Part shown: one piece after another, positions 48,702 through 57,851 of the stretch
Layout of the letters: each line of letters opens with the position of its first letter
How positions within the stretch are numbered: the first letter of the stretch is position 1
Position numbers and translations under genes: made by a program
Assembly (NCBI GenBank): GCA_030457805.1
Contig: JAKDUG010000001.1
Location: forward strand, 30,487 to 94,486
Reading direction: 5' to 3'
Length of the DNA: 64,000 nucleotides
From: Psychroflexus sp.
GTDB lineage: Bacteria > Bacteroidota > Bacteroidia > Flavobacteriales > Flavobacteriaceae
Notes under the pieces: model-generated
Database searches by the model: none
The model's input: only the letters and a program-made list of their open reading frames with translations
Told to the model about the DNA's origin: nothing

Positions 48702-50156
48702 ATGTCTCATTACGAAGCGCCTATAAGAAAACCCTTAATTACTGGTGATAAAACCTATCACGACGTCACTCTTGACGTCGTGAGACCAGTAGAAGGTAAG
48801 GCTAACAAATCATGGTGGATAGCATTTTCAATATCTCTAATTGCCTTTATGTGGGGACTTGGATGTATTATCTACACCGTATCCACAGGTATTGGTACCT
48901 GGGGATTAAACAAGACAATTGGTTGGGCTTGGGATATTACTAACTTCGTTTGGTGGGTTGGTATTGGTCACGCCGGAACCCTGATCTCAGCTGTCCTGCT
49001 ATTATTCAGACAAAAATGGAGAATGTCTATTAACAGATCTGCAGAAGCGATGACAATTTTCGCAGTTGTGCAGGCTGGTCTTTTCCCTATTATACACATG
49101 GGTCGACCTTGGTTAGCTTATTGGGTTTTGCCAATTCCAAACCAGTTTGGATCATTGTGGGTGAACTTTAACTCACCACTCCTCTGGGATGTTTTTGCTA
49201 TCTCAACTTATTTATCAGTTTCATTGGTCTTCTGGTGGACAGGTTTACTTCCTGACTTCGCGATGATTCGTGATAGAGCTGTCAAGCCTTTCCAGAAGAA
49301 AATATACGGTATCCTTTCATTTGGATGGTCTGGACGTGCTAAAGACTGGCAGCGATTTGAAGAAGTGCACTTGGTATTAGCAGGACTTGCAACACCACTT
49401 GTGCTTTCTGTACACACAATTGTCTCCTTTGACTTCGCGACATCAGTGATTCCAGGATGGCATACAACAATTTTTCCACCTTACTTCGTTGCAGGTGCGG
49501 TTTTCTCAGGATTTGCTATGGTTAACACTCTGCTGATCATCATGAGAAAAGTATCTAGACTAGAAGCTTATATCACACATCAACATATTGAATTCATGAA
49601 CATTGTGATCATGATTACAGGTTCTATTGTGGGTGTAGCGTATATCACAGAATTATTTATGGCATGGTACTCAGGAGTTGAGTACGAACAGTTCGCCTTC
49701 TTAAACAGAGCAACAGGTCCTTATTGGTGGGCTTACCTAACGATGATGACATGTAATGTGGTCTCTCCACAGTTCATGTGGTTCCCTAAACTAAGAAGAA
49801 GTATCATGTTCTCTTTCTTCATTTCAATTATAGTCAACATCGGAATGTGGTTTGAAAGATTTGTGATTATCGGGACGTCATTACACAGAGATTACATGCC
49901 ATCAGCATGGACAATGTTCTCTCCTACCTTTGTTGATATCGGAATATTTGTTGGTACAATTGGATTCTTCTTTGTATTATTCCTACTGTACTCACGAACT
50001 TTCCCAGTGATTGCTCAGGCTGAATTAAAATCAATAATGAAATCATCAGGTGAGAGATATAAAAAGATAAAAGCTGAAAAAGGTGACGATGCACCATTGC
50101 ACGAACCTTATAAGCAAGAAGCAATGCCGGACTTTACTAACGAATTTAATAAATAG
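48702..50156 (+). CDS. actC: Alternative complex III subunit C (NrfD/PsrC family)
   Basis: WWVGIGHAGTLISA, HMGRPW, SPLLWD, WHTTIFPPYF, WFERF. Confidence 0.94.
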   Translation: MSHYEAPIRKPLITGDKTYHDVTLDVVRPVEGKANKSWWIAFSISLIAFMWGLGCIIYTVSTGIGTWGLNKTIGWAWDITNFVWWVGIGHAGTLISAVLLLFRQKWRMSINRSAEAMTIFAVVQAGLFPIIHMGRPWLAYWVLPIPNQFGSLWVNFNSPLLWDVFAISTYLSVSLVFWWTGLLPDFAMIRDRAVKPFQKKIYGILSFGWSGRAKDWQRFEEVHLVLAGLATPLVLSVHTIVSFDFATSVIPGWHTTIFPPYFVAGAVFSGFAMVNTLLIIMRKVSRLEAYITHQHIEFMNIVIMITGSIVGVAYITELFMAWYSGVEYEQFAFLNRATGPYWWAYLTMMTCNVVSPQFMWFPKLRRSIMFSFFISIIVNIGMWFERFVIIGTSLHRDYMPSAWTMFSPTFVDIGIFVGTIGFFFVLFLLYSRTFPVIAQAELKSIMKSSGERYKKIKAEKGDDAPLHEPYKQEAMPDFTNEFNK

Positions 50157-50159
50157 AAA

Positions 50160-50684
50160 ATGGCGTCAAAAGTATTACAAGCGATTTATACAGACGATGA
50201 TATTTTGATGGAAGCAGTCAAAGCTATCCGCGCTAAGAAATATCATATTGAAGAAGTCTACACCCCGTTCCCTGTTCACGGACTCGACAAAGCAATGGGC
50301 TTGGCAGAAACAAGATTGGCTATTACATCATTTTTATATGGATTAATTGGTCTTGCCATTTCTATTGTGATGATGAACTTTATCATGATTGAAGATTGGC
50401 CGCAAAACATCGGTGGTAAACCAAGTTTTAGCTTTATAGCAAACATGCCAGCATTTGTACCGATTATGTTTGAGTTAACTGTTTTCTTTGCAGCTCACTT
50501 AATGGTGCTTACTTTTTACTTAAGAAGTAAATTATGGCCGTTTAAAGAAGCTGAAAATCCTGATGTAAGGACGACAGATGATAAATTCTTGATGGAAATT
50601 TCCGTCAATGAAAAGAATCATAAAGAACTCACAGAATTAGTTTATAATTCAGGGGCAACAGAAATAAAATTAAAAGATAACTAG
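50160..50684 (+). CDS. actD: Alternative complex III subunit D (DUF3341)
   Basis: YTPFPVHGL, WPQNIGGKP, FELTVFFAAH. Confidence 0.92.
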   Translation: MASKVLQAIYTDDDILMEAVKAIRAKKYHIEEVYTPFPVHGLDKAMGLAETRLAITSFLYGLIGLAISIVMMNFIMIEDWPQNIGGKPSFSFIANMPAFVPIMFELTVFFAAHLMVLTFYLRSKLWPFKEAENPDVRTTDDKFLMEISVNEKNHKELTELVYNSGATEIKLKDN

Positions 50685-50689
50685 AAAAG

Positions 50690-51271
50690 ATGAGTAAGTT
50701 TAACTTCATATTACTAGCAGTATTGGCCTTTACAGTTTTATCATGTGCTGATAAAGATGGAAAAGGGGCGCAATATTTTCCGAACATGATGTATTCAGAT
50801 GCTTATGAAACCTATGGAGAATACGATATTTTCTATGACGGTCAAGAGGCAAAGCTTCCGGTAGAAGGATCAATTTCTCGCGGATGGATGCCCTATGAAT
50901 ACGAAGACAACCTCGATGGATACGATGCAGCTAAAGCCGATCTTAAGAATCCTTTAGATTACACAGAAAAAAACATGAATAAAGGAGCTGAACTCTTCAA
51001 TATTTACTGTGCGATCTGTCATGGAGCTGGAGATGGAAAAGGAACGCTTGTCCAAAGAGAGAAAATTCTAGGTGTCCCTGCATTTGACGATCAAGGACGC
51101 GCCATCACTGAAGGCAGTGTTTATCACGTGATTAGATACGGTCTGAACACAATGGGTTCATATGCTTCTCAACTGAGCCAAGAGGAAATGTGGCAAGTCA
51201 ATATGTATGTCATGAAACTCAAAGGCGACCTTGAAGGCAAAGAGCAACCTCCATTTGAAAAAGAACAATAA
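50690..51271 (+). CDS. actE: Alternative complex III monoheme cytochrome c lipoprotein
   Basis: Lipobox LSC, CAICH, MGSY. Confidence 0.92.
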   Translation: MSKFNFILLAVLAFTVLSCADKDGKGAQYFPNMMYSDAYETYGEYDIFYDGQEAKLPVEGSISRGWMPYEYEDNLDGYDAAKADLKNPLDYTEKNMNKGAELFNIYCAICHGAGDGKGTLVQREKILGVPAFDDQGRAITEGSVYHVIRYGLNTMGSYASQLSQEEMWQVNMYVMKLKGDLEGKEQPPFEKEQ

Positions 51272-51296
51272 TTTAGAAACATCAAGATAGATAGTT

Positions 51297-52604
51297 ATGT
51301 ATAAGATGTCAAAAAACTTACGACTCACTGCTATAATTTTAATGATTGTAGGTGCTGTTGGATTAATTTATAGCTTCATAGACGCTCCTTCTTCAGTGGA
51401 AGAGGTCCAAGAAATGCTAGCAGCAGAACATCATGGTGATGTAGATGCGAGCCAAACAGCAAGTGCTGCAGATGCTGCGCAAGCTAAAAATGATCACGAA
51501 GGATCTCATGCAGATCATGTACTCACTCAATTGAAAAATAAACCGTGGACAGCTATTTATACGTCAACCTTATTTTTCTTTTTGCTAGCTTTAGGAGCTT
51601 TTGCTTTTTACACTATTCAGCACGCTTCACAAGCAGGATGGTCACCCGTTTTATTCCGCGTCATGGAAGGTATCTCACAATATATGCTCCCAGGTGGAAT
51701 TATTTTGTTTGTCCTCTTTGTGTTTTCGGCTTTCAACATGAATCAAATCTTTATCTGGATGGATCCAGATATCGTAGCAAATGATCCAGTTATTGCAGCG
51801 AAAACAGGTTACCTTAACGTCCCGTTTTTCTTGATCAGAGCTATTATTTATATCGGTGGTTGGGTCTTGCTTTCTAAAATGATTATCGGCAACTCAAGAA
51901 AGCTTGATAATACGCCTGATATGAAACTTCACAAAAAGAACTTTAAATTATCGGCTATCTTCTTGGTATTTTTCATCGTCACTGAATCTATGATGTCGTG
52001 GGATTGGATTATGAGTATTGACACACACTGGTTCAGTACACTTTTTGGATGGTATGTTTTTGCAAGTATGTTTGTAGCAGGGATCACAGCAATTGCATTA
52101 GTTACTGTTTATCTCAAAAAACTAGGCTACCTAGACTTCGTCCACAGTAGCCATATTCATGATTTAGCAAAATACATGTTTGCTTTTTCTATTTTTTGGA
52201 CCTACTTATGGTTCTCACAATTTTTATTGATCTGGTATTCAAATATTCCTGAGGAAGTCACTTATTACGCAGCAAGAATTCAAGACTATCAATTGCCGTT
52301 CTTTGGGATGCTTGCCCTCAACTTTATTTTTCCAACATTAATCTTGATGAACTCTGACTTTAAACGTATCAATTGGATCGTTATCTTTAGTGGAATTATC
52401 ATTTTAGTAGGGCATTACCTCAATTTCTATGTCATGATTTCTCCAGGTACAGTCGGCGCTTCATGGTTTATTGGAATTCCTGAAATAAGTTCTATTCTTT
52501 TGATTGCAGGATTGTTTATATTTGTGGTCTTTAATGCAATCGGGAAGGTGAATTTATTACCTAAAAACAACCCGTTCCTTAAAGAGAGTAAAGACTTTCA
52601 TTAA
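51297..52604 (+). CDS. actF: Alternative complex III subunit F
   Basis: Polytopic; WDWIMSIDTHWFSTLFGW, HDLAKYMF, WYSNIPEE. Confidence 0.92.
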   Translation: MYKMSKNLRLTAIILMIVGAVGLIYSFIDAPSSVEEVQEMLAAEHHGDVDASQTASAADAAQAKNDHEGSHADHVLTQLKNKPWTAIYTSTLFFFLLALGAFAFYTIQHASQAGWSPVLFRVMEGISQYMLPGGIILFVLFVFSAFNMNQIFIWMDPDIVANDPVIAAKTGYLNVPFFLIRAIIYIGGWVLLSKMIIGNSRKLDNTPDMKLHKKNFKLSAIFLVFFIVTESMMSWDWIMSIDTHWFSTLFGWYVFASMFVAGITAIALVTVYLKKLGYLDFVHSSHIHDLAKYMFAFSIFWTYLWFSQFLLIWYSNIPEEVTYYAARIQDYQLPFFGMLALNFIFPTLILMNSDFKRINWIVIFSGIIILVGHYLNFYVMISPGTVGASWFIGIPEISSILLIAGLFIFVVFNAIGKVNLLPKNNPFLKESKDFH

Positions 52605-52622
52605 GAATTAAATCAATATCAA

Positions 52623-52754
52623 ATGACGACATTGCTTATCCTATTAGTTATTGCATTGTTTGGCTTGACGCTATGGCAATTATCCAATATCATTAAATTA
52701 TCAAGAATTAATTCTGATAATGGTTCAAAGACAATTAGTCAGAAGGAAAAGTGA
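52623..52754 (+). CDS. 43-aa membrane mini-protein paralogous to the CoxB N-terminus
   Basis: MTTLLILLVIALFGLTLWQLSNIIKLSRINSDNGSKTISQKEK; 20 of the first 27 residues are identical to CoxB; not in the ORF track. Confidence 0.65.
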   Translation: MTTLLILLVIALFGLTLWQLSNIIKLSRINSDNGSKTISQKEK

Positions 52755-52795
52755 AAATCATCATTACTAAAACAAAAGAATAAAATTAACATCAA

Positions 52796-53860
52796 ATGAC
52801 GACATTACTTATAATCATAGTTATTGCACTTCTAGGTATTACGTTCTGGCAATTATCAAAAATCGTTAAATTGTCAAAGCCTGCTGATAGTAATGATACT
52901 GAGATTGCAGATAACAAAGACAATAAGACGCAAGCAAAGTTGATGCTTGTTTTTACTGTTTTCCTTTACGGATTAATGTTTTACTCATTCTGGGAGTACG
53001 GTAAATTATTACTGCCAGAATCTGCATCAGAACACGGACATACATTTGACCAATTGATGCTTATTTCAATGGGGCTTCTCATTTTCGTACAAATGATTAC
53101 ACAATTTTTGCTCCACTGGTTTGCTTACAAATACCACGGTAAGAAAGGTAGAAAAGCATTATTTTACGCAGATAACGATAAATTAGAATTTATCTGGACA
53201 ATTATTCCGGTGATTGCCCTAGCAGGATTGATCATTTACGGTCTGTTCAGCTGGAATGACATCATGAATTTAGAAGAAACTGATGATACGCTTGTCATTG
53301 AGATTTACGCTTATCAATTTGACTGGAGAGCGAGATATGCTGGAGATGATAAAACATTAGGAAAAGCAAACGTTCGCTTTATTGAAGGTGTCAATCAGCT
53401 TGGCCTTGATGAAAGTGATCCTTACACAGAAGACGATATTATTGTCAGCGAACTACACCTTCCAAAAGGGAAACCCGTCATCTTCAAATTTAGATCACAA
53501 GATGTTTTACACTCGGCTTACTTCCCTCACTTTAGAGCACAAATGAACGTTGTTCCTGGAATGATTACACAATTTGGTTTTACACCAACATTGACAACGG
53601 CAGAAATGCGAGAGACAGATCACATGATTGATAAAGTTCACAATATCAACGAGATCAGACAAGAAAACAGTATAGAGTTAGAAGCTAAAGGCGATATGCC
53701 TCTTGAAGAATATGAATTTGATTACTTCATGCTTTGTAACAAAATCTGTGGTGCATCTCACTACAATATGCAAATGAAAATCATTGTTGAAGAAGAAGAA
53801 GACTTTGATGCATGGTTGAGTGAACAACAAACATTTCAAGAATTAACAGCTAAAAAATAA
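52796..53860 (+). CDS. coxB: Cytochrome c oxidase (aa3) subunit II
   Basis: EFIWTIIP, YQFDW, DVLHS, CuA CNKICGASHYNM. Confidence 0.94.
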   Translation: MTTLLIIIVIALLGITFWQLSKIVKLSKPADSNDTEIADNKDNKTQAKLMLVFTVFLYGLMFYSFWEYGKLLLPESASEHGHTFDQLMLISMGLLIFVQMITQFLLHWFAYKYHGKKGRKALFYADNDKLEFIWTIIPVIALAGLIIYGLFSWNDIMNLEETDDTLVIEIYAYQFDWRARYAGDDKTLGKANVRFIEGVNQLGLDESDPYTEDDIIVSELHLPKGKPVIFKFRSQDVLHSAYFPHFRAQMNVVPGMITQFGFTPTLTTAEMRETDHMIDKVHNINEIRQENSIELEAKGDMPLEEYEFDYFMLCNKICGASHYNMQMKIIVEEEEDFDAWLSEQQTFQELTAKK

Positions 53861-53869
53861 TCCTATAGT

Positions 53870-55693
53870 ATGTCAGTAGCTATACAACATAATGAGAGTG
53901 GCAATGCACATGAAGAACACCATGAGCATAAGCAAACATTTATCGAGAAATATATCTTTAGTTATGATCATAAAATGATTTCTAAGCAGTACCTAATTAC
54001 AGGGCTGATTATGGGAGTTATTGGGATCACAATGTCTGTCCTTTTTAGAATTCAGCTAGCATGGCCTGGAGAATCTTTTTGGATTTTTGATGCGCTTTTA
54101 GGCAAGTTTGCTAAAAACGGCGTCATGGACCCAAGTATGTACTTGGCCCTAGTCACCATTCACGGAACCATCATGGTCTTCTTTGTTTTAACAGCAGGCT
54201 TGAGTGGTACCTTTAGTAACCTCTTGATCCCCTTACAAATTGGTGCGCGTGATATGGCGTCAGGATTTTTAAATATGGTGTCTTACTGGTTGTTCTTTAT
54301 TTCTTGTACAATCATGTTGAGTTCATTATTTATCGAATCTGGGCCAGCTTCGGCAGGATGGACAGTCTACCCGCCTTTAAGTGCTTTACCACAAGCAATT
54401 GGAGGTTCAGGTATGGGAATGACATTATGGTTGATTTCAATGGCTTTTTTCATTGCCTCACAAATTATCGCAGGACTGAACTATATCGTCACTGTGCTTA
54501 ACTTAAGAACAAAAGGCATGTCAATGACACGACTTCCTTTAACAGTATGGGCTTTATTTGTGACAGCTATTATTGGTTTGGTTTCATTCCCTGTTCTTTT
54601 ATCAGCAGCTTTGCTTCTGATCATGGATAGAAGTTTTGGTACTTCATTCTTCCTCAGTGATATTTATATACAAGGTGAAGTTTTAGCACACCAAGGTGGA
54701 TCGCCAGTTTTATTCGAACACCTCTTCTGGTTCTTAGGTCACCCTGAAGTTTATATTGTGATTCTTCCAGCAATGGGGCTTGTGTCTGAAATCATGGCAA
54801 CAAACGCTAGAAAACCAATTTTCGGTTACCGAGCAATGATTGCATCGATCTTAGCAATTGCTTTCTTATCGACAATTGTTTGGGGGCACCACATGTTCGT
54901 TTCAGGAATGAACCCATTCCTAGGATCTGTCTTTACATTTACAACATTATTGATTGCAATTCCATCAGCAGTTAAAGCCTTTAACTGGATTACGACCTTG
55001 TGGAAAGGAAATCTACAAATGAACCCCGCCATGTTATTCTCAATTGGCTTTGTTTCTACATTTATCACAGGTGGTTTAACAGGAATTATTTTAGGAGATA
55101 GTACTTTAGACATCAACGTGCACGATACGTATTTCGTGGTTGCTCACTTCCACTTAGTGATGGGTATATCGGCTATTTATGGATTGCTCGCCGGTGTCTA
55201 TCACTGGTTCCCAAAAATGTTTGGCCGCATGATGAACAAAAACTTAGGTTACGTTCATTTCTGGATCACTGCAATTGGAGCCTACGGGGTTTTCTTCCCA
55301 ATGCACTTTGTCGGTCTCGCAGGATTACCACGTCGTTATTACTCAAATACGGCTTTCCCATATTTTGATGACTTGACTGATGTAAACGTCTTGATCACCT
55401 TGTTTACAATTTTGGCAGCTTCAGTACAAGTGGTGTTCTTGTTTAACTTCTTTTACTCTATCTTTTATGGTAAAAAAGCAACGCAAAACCCATGGAACTC
55501 AACTACACTTGAGTGGACAACGCCGGTTAAACACCTGCATGGCAATTGGCCTGGTGAATTGCCAACAGTTTACAGATGGTCTTACGATTATTCTAAAATG
55601 AATAAAGACGAAACAGATTATATCTTAGCAGGACAAGATTTCGTTCCTCAGAATGTCCCAATACAAGACAATGAAGAAGAAACAATGCACTAG
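53870..55693 (+). CDS. coxA: Cytochrome c oxidase (aa3) subunit I, type A1
   Basis: HGTIM, GWTVYPP, GHPEVY, WGHHMF, AHFH. Confidence 0.96.
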   Translation: MSVAIQHNESGNAHEEHHEHKQTFIEKYIFSYDHKMISKQYLITGLIMGVIGITMSVLFRIQLAWPGESFWIFDALLGKFAKNGVMDPSMYLALVTIHGTIMVFFVLTAGLSGTFSNLLIPLQIGARDMASGFLNMVSYWLFFISCTIMLSSLFIESGPASAGWTVYPPLSALPQAIGGSGMGMTLWLISMAFFIASQIIAGLNYIVTVLNLRTKGMSMTRLPLTVWALFVTAIIGLVSFPVLLSAALLLIMDRSFGTSFFLSDIYIQGEVLAHQGGSPVLFEHLFWFLGHPEVYIVILPAMGLVSEIMATNARKPIFGYRAMIASILAIAFLSTIVWGHHMFVSGMNPFLGSVFTFTTLLIAIPSAVKAFNWITTLWKGNLQMNPAMLFSIGFVSTFITGGLTGIILGDSTLDINVHDTYFVVAHFHLVMGISAIYGLLAGVYHWFPKMFGRMMNKNLGYVHFWITAIGAYGVFFPMHFVGLAGLPRRYYSNTAFPYFDDLTDVNVLITLFTILAASVQVVFLFNFFYSIFYGKKATQNPWNSTTLEWTTPVKHLHGNWPGELPTVYRWSYDYSKMNKDETDYILAGQDFVPQNVPIQDNEEETMH

Positions 55694-55719
55694 CTCTTTT
55701 CTTCGATAACAATTTTATT

Positions 55720-55754
55720 AAAGCGGGATTTCCTCAGAGGATTTCCCGCTTTTT
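55720..55754 (+). terminator. Terminator of the act-cox operon
   Basis: AAAGCGGGA..TCCT-CAG-AGGA..TCCCGCTTT plus T run. Confidence 0.85.
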
Positions 55755-55799
55755 TGTCAATGCTTTTACACGAAACTCTTTTTCGCTATCTTTGTTTAT

Positions 55800-56822
55800 A
55801 TGAATGAAAACCTCAATCCTGAAGCCGATCACTCTAACTCAGAAGAGTTTGAATACGAAAGAGCATTAAGACCCCTAAGTTTTGATGACTTTGCCGGGCA
55901 ATCTCATGTCTTAGAAAACCTACAAGTCTTTGTTAAGGCTGCAAACTTAAGAGGTGAAGCCCTTGATCATACTTTATTTCATGGACCTCCCGGTTTAGGA
56001 AAAACAACCTTGGCTCATATTCTCGCCAAAGAGTTGGATGCCAATATCAAAATCACCTCTGGCCCTGTCATTGACAAACCTGGAGACTTAGCTGGTTTAC
56101 TCACCAATCTTGAAGAAAGAGATGTTTTATTTATTGATGAAATACACCGCTTAAGTTCGGTTGTAGAGGAATACCTATACTCAGCCATGGAAGATTACAA
56201 AATCGATATCATGATTGAGTCAGGACCCAACGCCAGAAGTGTAGAAATCAATCTGAATCCCTTTACACTCATTGGTGCCACAACACGTTCTGGCTTATTA
56301 ACCTCGCCCATGCGTGCACGTTTTGGCATCTCTAATCGTTTAGAATATTATAGTACAGAACTTTTAAGCGGCATCATCATCAGAAGTGCACGCATTTTGG
56401 ATGTCAAAATCTCAGAACAAGCGGCTATAGAAATCGCTGGCAGAAGTCGAGGGACACCGCGTATTGCAAATTCATTGCTGCGAAGAGTCCGTGATTTTGC
56501 ACAAATCAAAGGCAATGGCAACATCGATATGGAAATATCAAAATACAGCCTCAAGGCACTCAACGTCGATGCTCATGGCCTGGATGATATGGATAACAAA
56601 ATACTCAACACCATTATTGATAAATTCAAAGGTGGCCCAGTCGGCTTAGGCACATTATCAACAGCAGTTGGTGAGAATTCAGAAACAATAGAGGAAGTTT
56701 ATGAACCTTTTTTGATACAAAAAGGATTTATCCATCGGACGCCTCGTGGTCGTGAAGTGACAGAATTGGCCTATCAGCATCTCAACAAAAATAAACCCGC
56801 ACAACAAAGCGGCTTATTCTAA
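55800..56822 (+). CDS. ruvB: Holliday junction branch migration helicase RuvB
   Basis: [37 protein letters not shown]. Confidence 0.97.
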   Translation: MNENLNPEADHSNSEEFEYERALRPLSFDDFAGQSHVLENLQVFVKAANLRGEALDHTLFHGPPGLGKTTLAHILAKELDANIKITSGPVIDKPGDLAGLLTNLEERDVLFIDEIHRLSSVVEEYLYSAMEDYKIDIMIESGPNARSVEINLNPFTLIGATTRSGLLTSPMRARFGISNRLEYYSTELLSGIIIRSARILDVKISEQAAIEIAGRSRGTPRIANSLLRRVRDFAQIKGNGNIDMEISKYSLKALNVDAHGLDDMDNKILNTIIDKFKGGPVGLGTLSTAVGENSETIEEVYEPFLIQKGFIHRTPRGREVTELAYQHLNKNKPAQQSGLF

Positions 56823-56832
56823 AGCATAGTCT

Positions 56833-57759
56833 ATGAATTCAAATGCGAGTAAACACAGCGAATTGTTCAAAGATAAAGCCAAAGAATACGGTTTTATTTC
56901 ATGCGGTATTAGCAAAGCTGAGTTTTTAGAACCAGAAGCACCACGCCTAGAAAACTGGTTAAATAAAAATGCACATGGCGAAATGCATTATATGGAAAAT
57001 CACTTTGATAAAAGACTAGATCCAAGCAAATTAGTAGAAGGTGCCAAAAGTGTCGTCTCTTTACTTTATAATTATTATCCAGAAGAAGAGCAAAGAGAAG
57101 ACAGTTTTAAAGTCAGTAAATACGCCTATGGACAAGATTATCATCACGTCATCAAAAAGAAATTAAGACTGATGATGAAAGAACTCAATGCAGAAATAGG
57201 CGAAATTGGCGGTCGTGTCTTTGTAGATTCAGCACCAGTCCTTGAAAAAGCTTGGGCAGCCAGAAGCGGACTGGGCTGGATTGGGAAACACTCTAATTTA
57301 CTAACCAAGCAAAGAGGCTCTTTTTACTTTATCGCCGAGCTCGTTATCGACATTTCTCTCACTTATGACACGCCAGTGACAGATCATTGTGGCTCGTGTA
57401 CAAAATGCATTGACGCCTGCCCTACTGAGGCTATCACGCCGTACCAAGTGGATGGTAGTAAGTGTATTTCCTATATGACGATCGAACTCAAAAATGAAAT
57501 TCCAACTGGCTTTGAAAACAAATTTGAAGACTGGATGTTTGGCTGTGATATATGCCAGGATGTTTGTCCTTGGAATCGTTTTAGTCAACCACACAACGAA
57601 CCCTTATTCAATCCAAACCCAAAGCTTCTCACCTACGATAAAGAGGAATGGACAGAGATCACAAAAGATGTTTTTAATGAAATATTCAGAAAATCAGCTG
57701 TTAAAAGAACAAAGTTTGATGGCTTAAAGCGTAATATTAATTATATCTTAAAAGACTAA
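56833..57759 (+). CDS. queG: Epoxyqueuosine reductase
   Basis: [45 protein letters not shown]. Confidence 0.95.
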   Translation: MNSNASKHSELFKDKAKEYGFISCGISKAEFLEPEAPRLENWLNKNAHGEMHYMENHFDKRLDPSKLVEGAKSVVSLLYNYYPEEEQREDSFKVSKYAYGQDYHHVIKKKLRLMMKELNAEIGEIGGRVFVDSAPVLEKAWAARSGLGWIGKHSNLLTKQRGSFYFIAELVIDISLTYDTPVTDHCGSCTKCIDACPTEAITPYQVDGSKCISYMTIELKNEIPTGFENKFEDWMFGCDICQDVCPWNRFSQPHNEPLFNPNPKLLTYDKEEWTEITKDVFNEIFRKSAVKRTKFDGLKRNINYILKD

Positions 57760-57851
57760 AAATCTCAACAAATCCAACTAAATTAGAGTGAATTAAGTTG
57801 TATTTTTGTGAGTCGCAAAAATCTGAACGATTAGTCAATTATTCATAAATT

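Noticed and set aside
44233-55693. ACIII-aa3 operon (hexaheme ActA, no subunit III gene in the operon) as a novel system
   Set aside because: This organisation is already known in Flavobacteria. Only the extra mini-ORF is unexplained.
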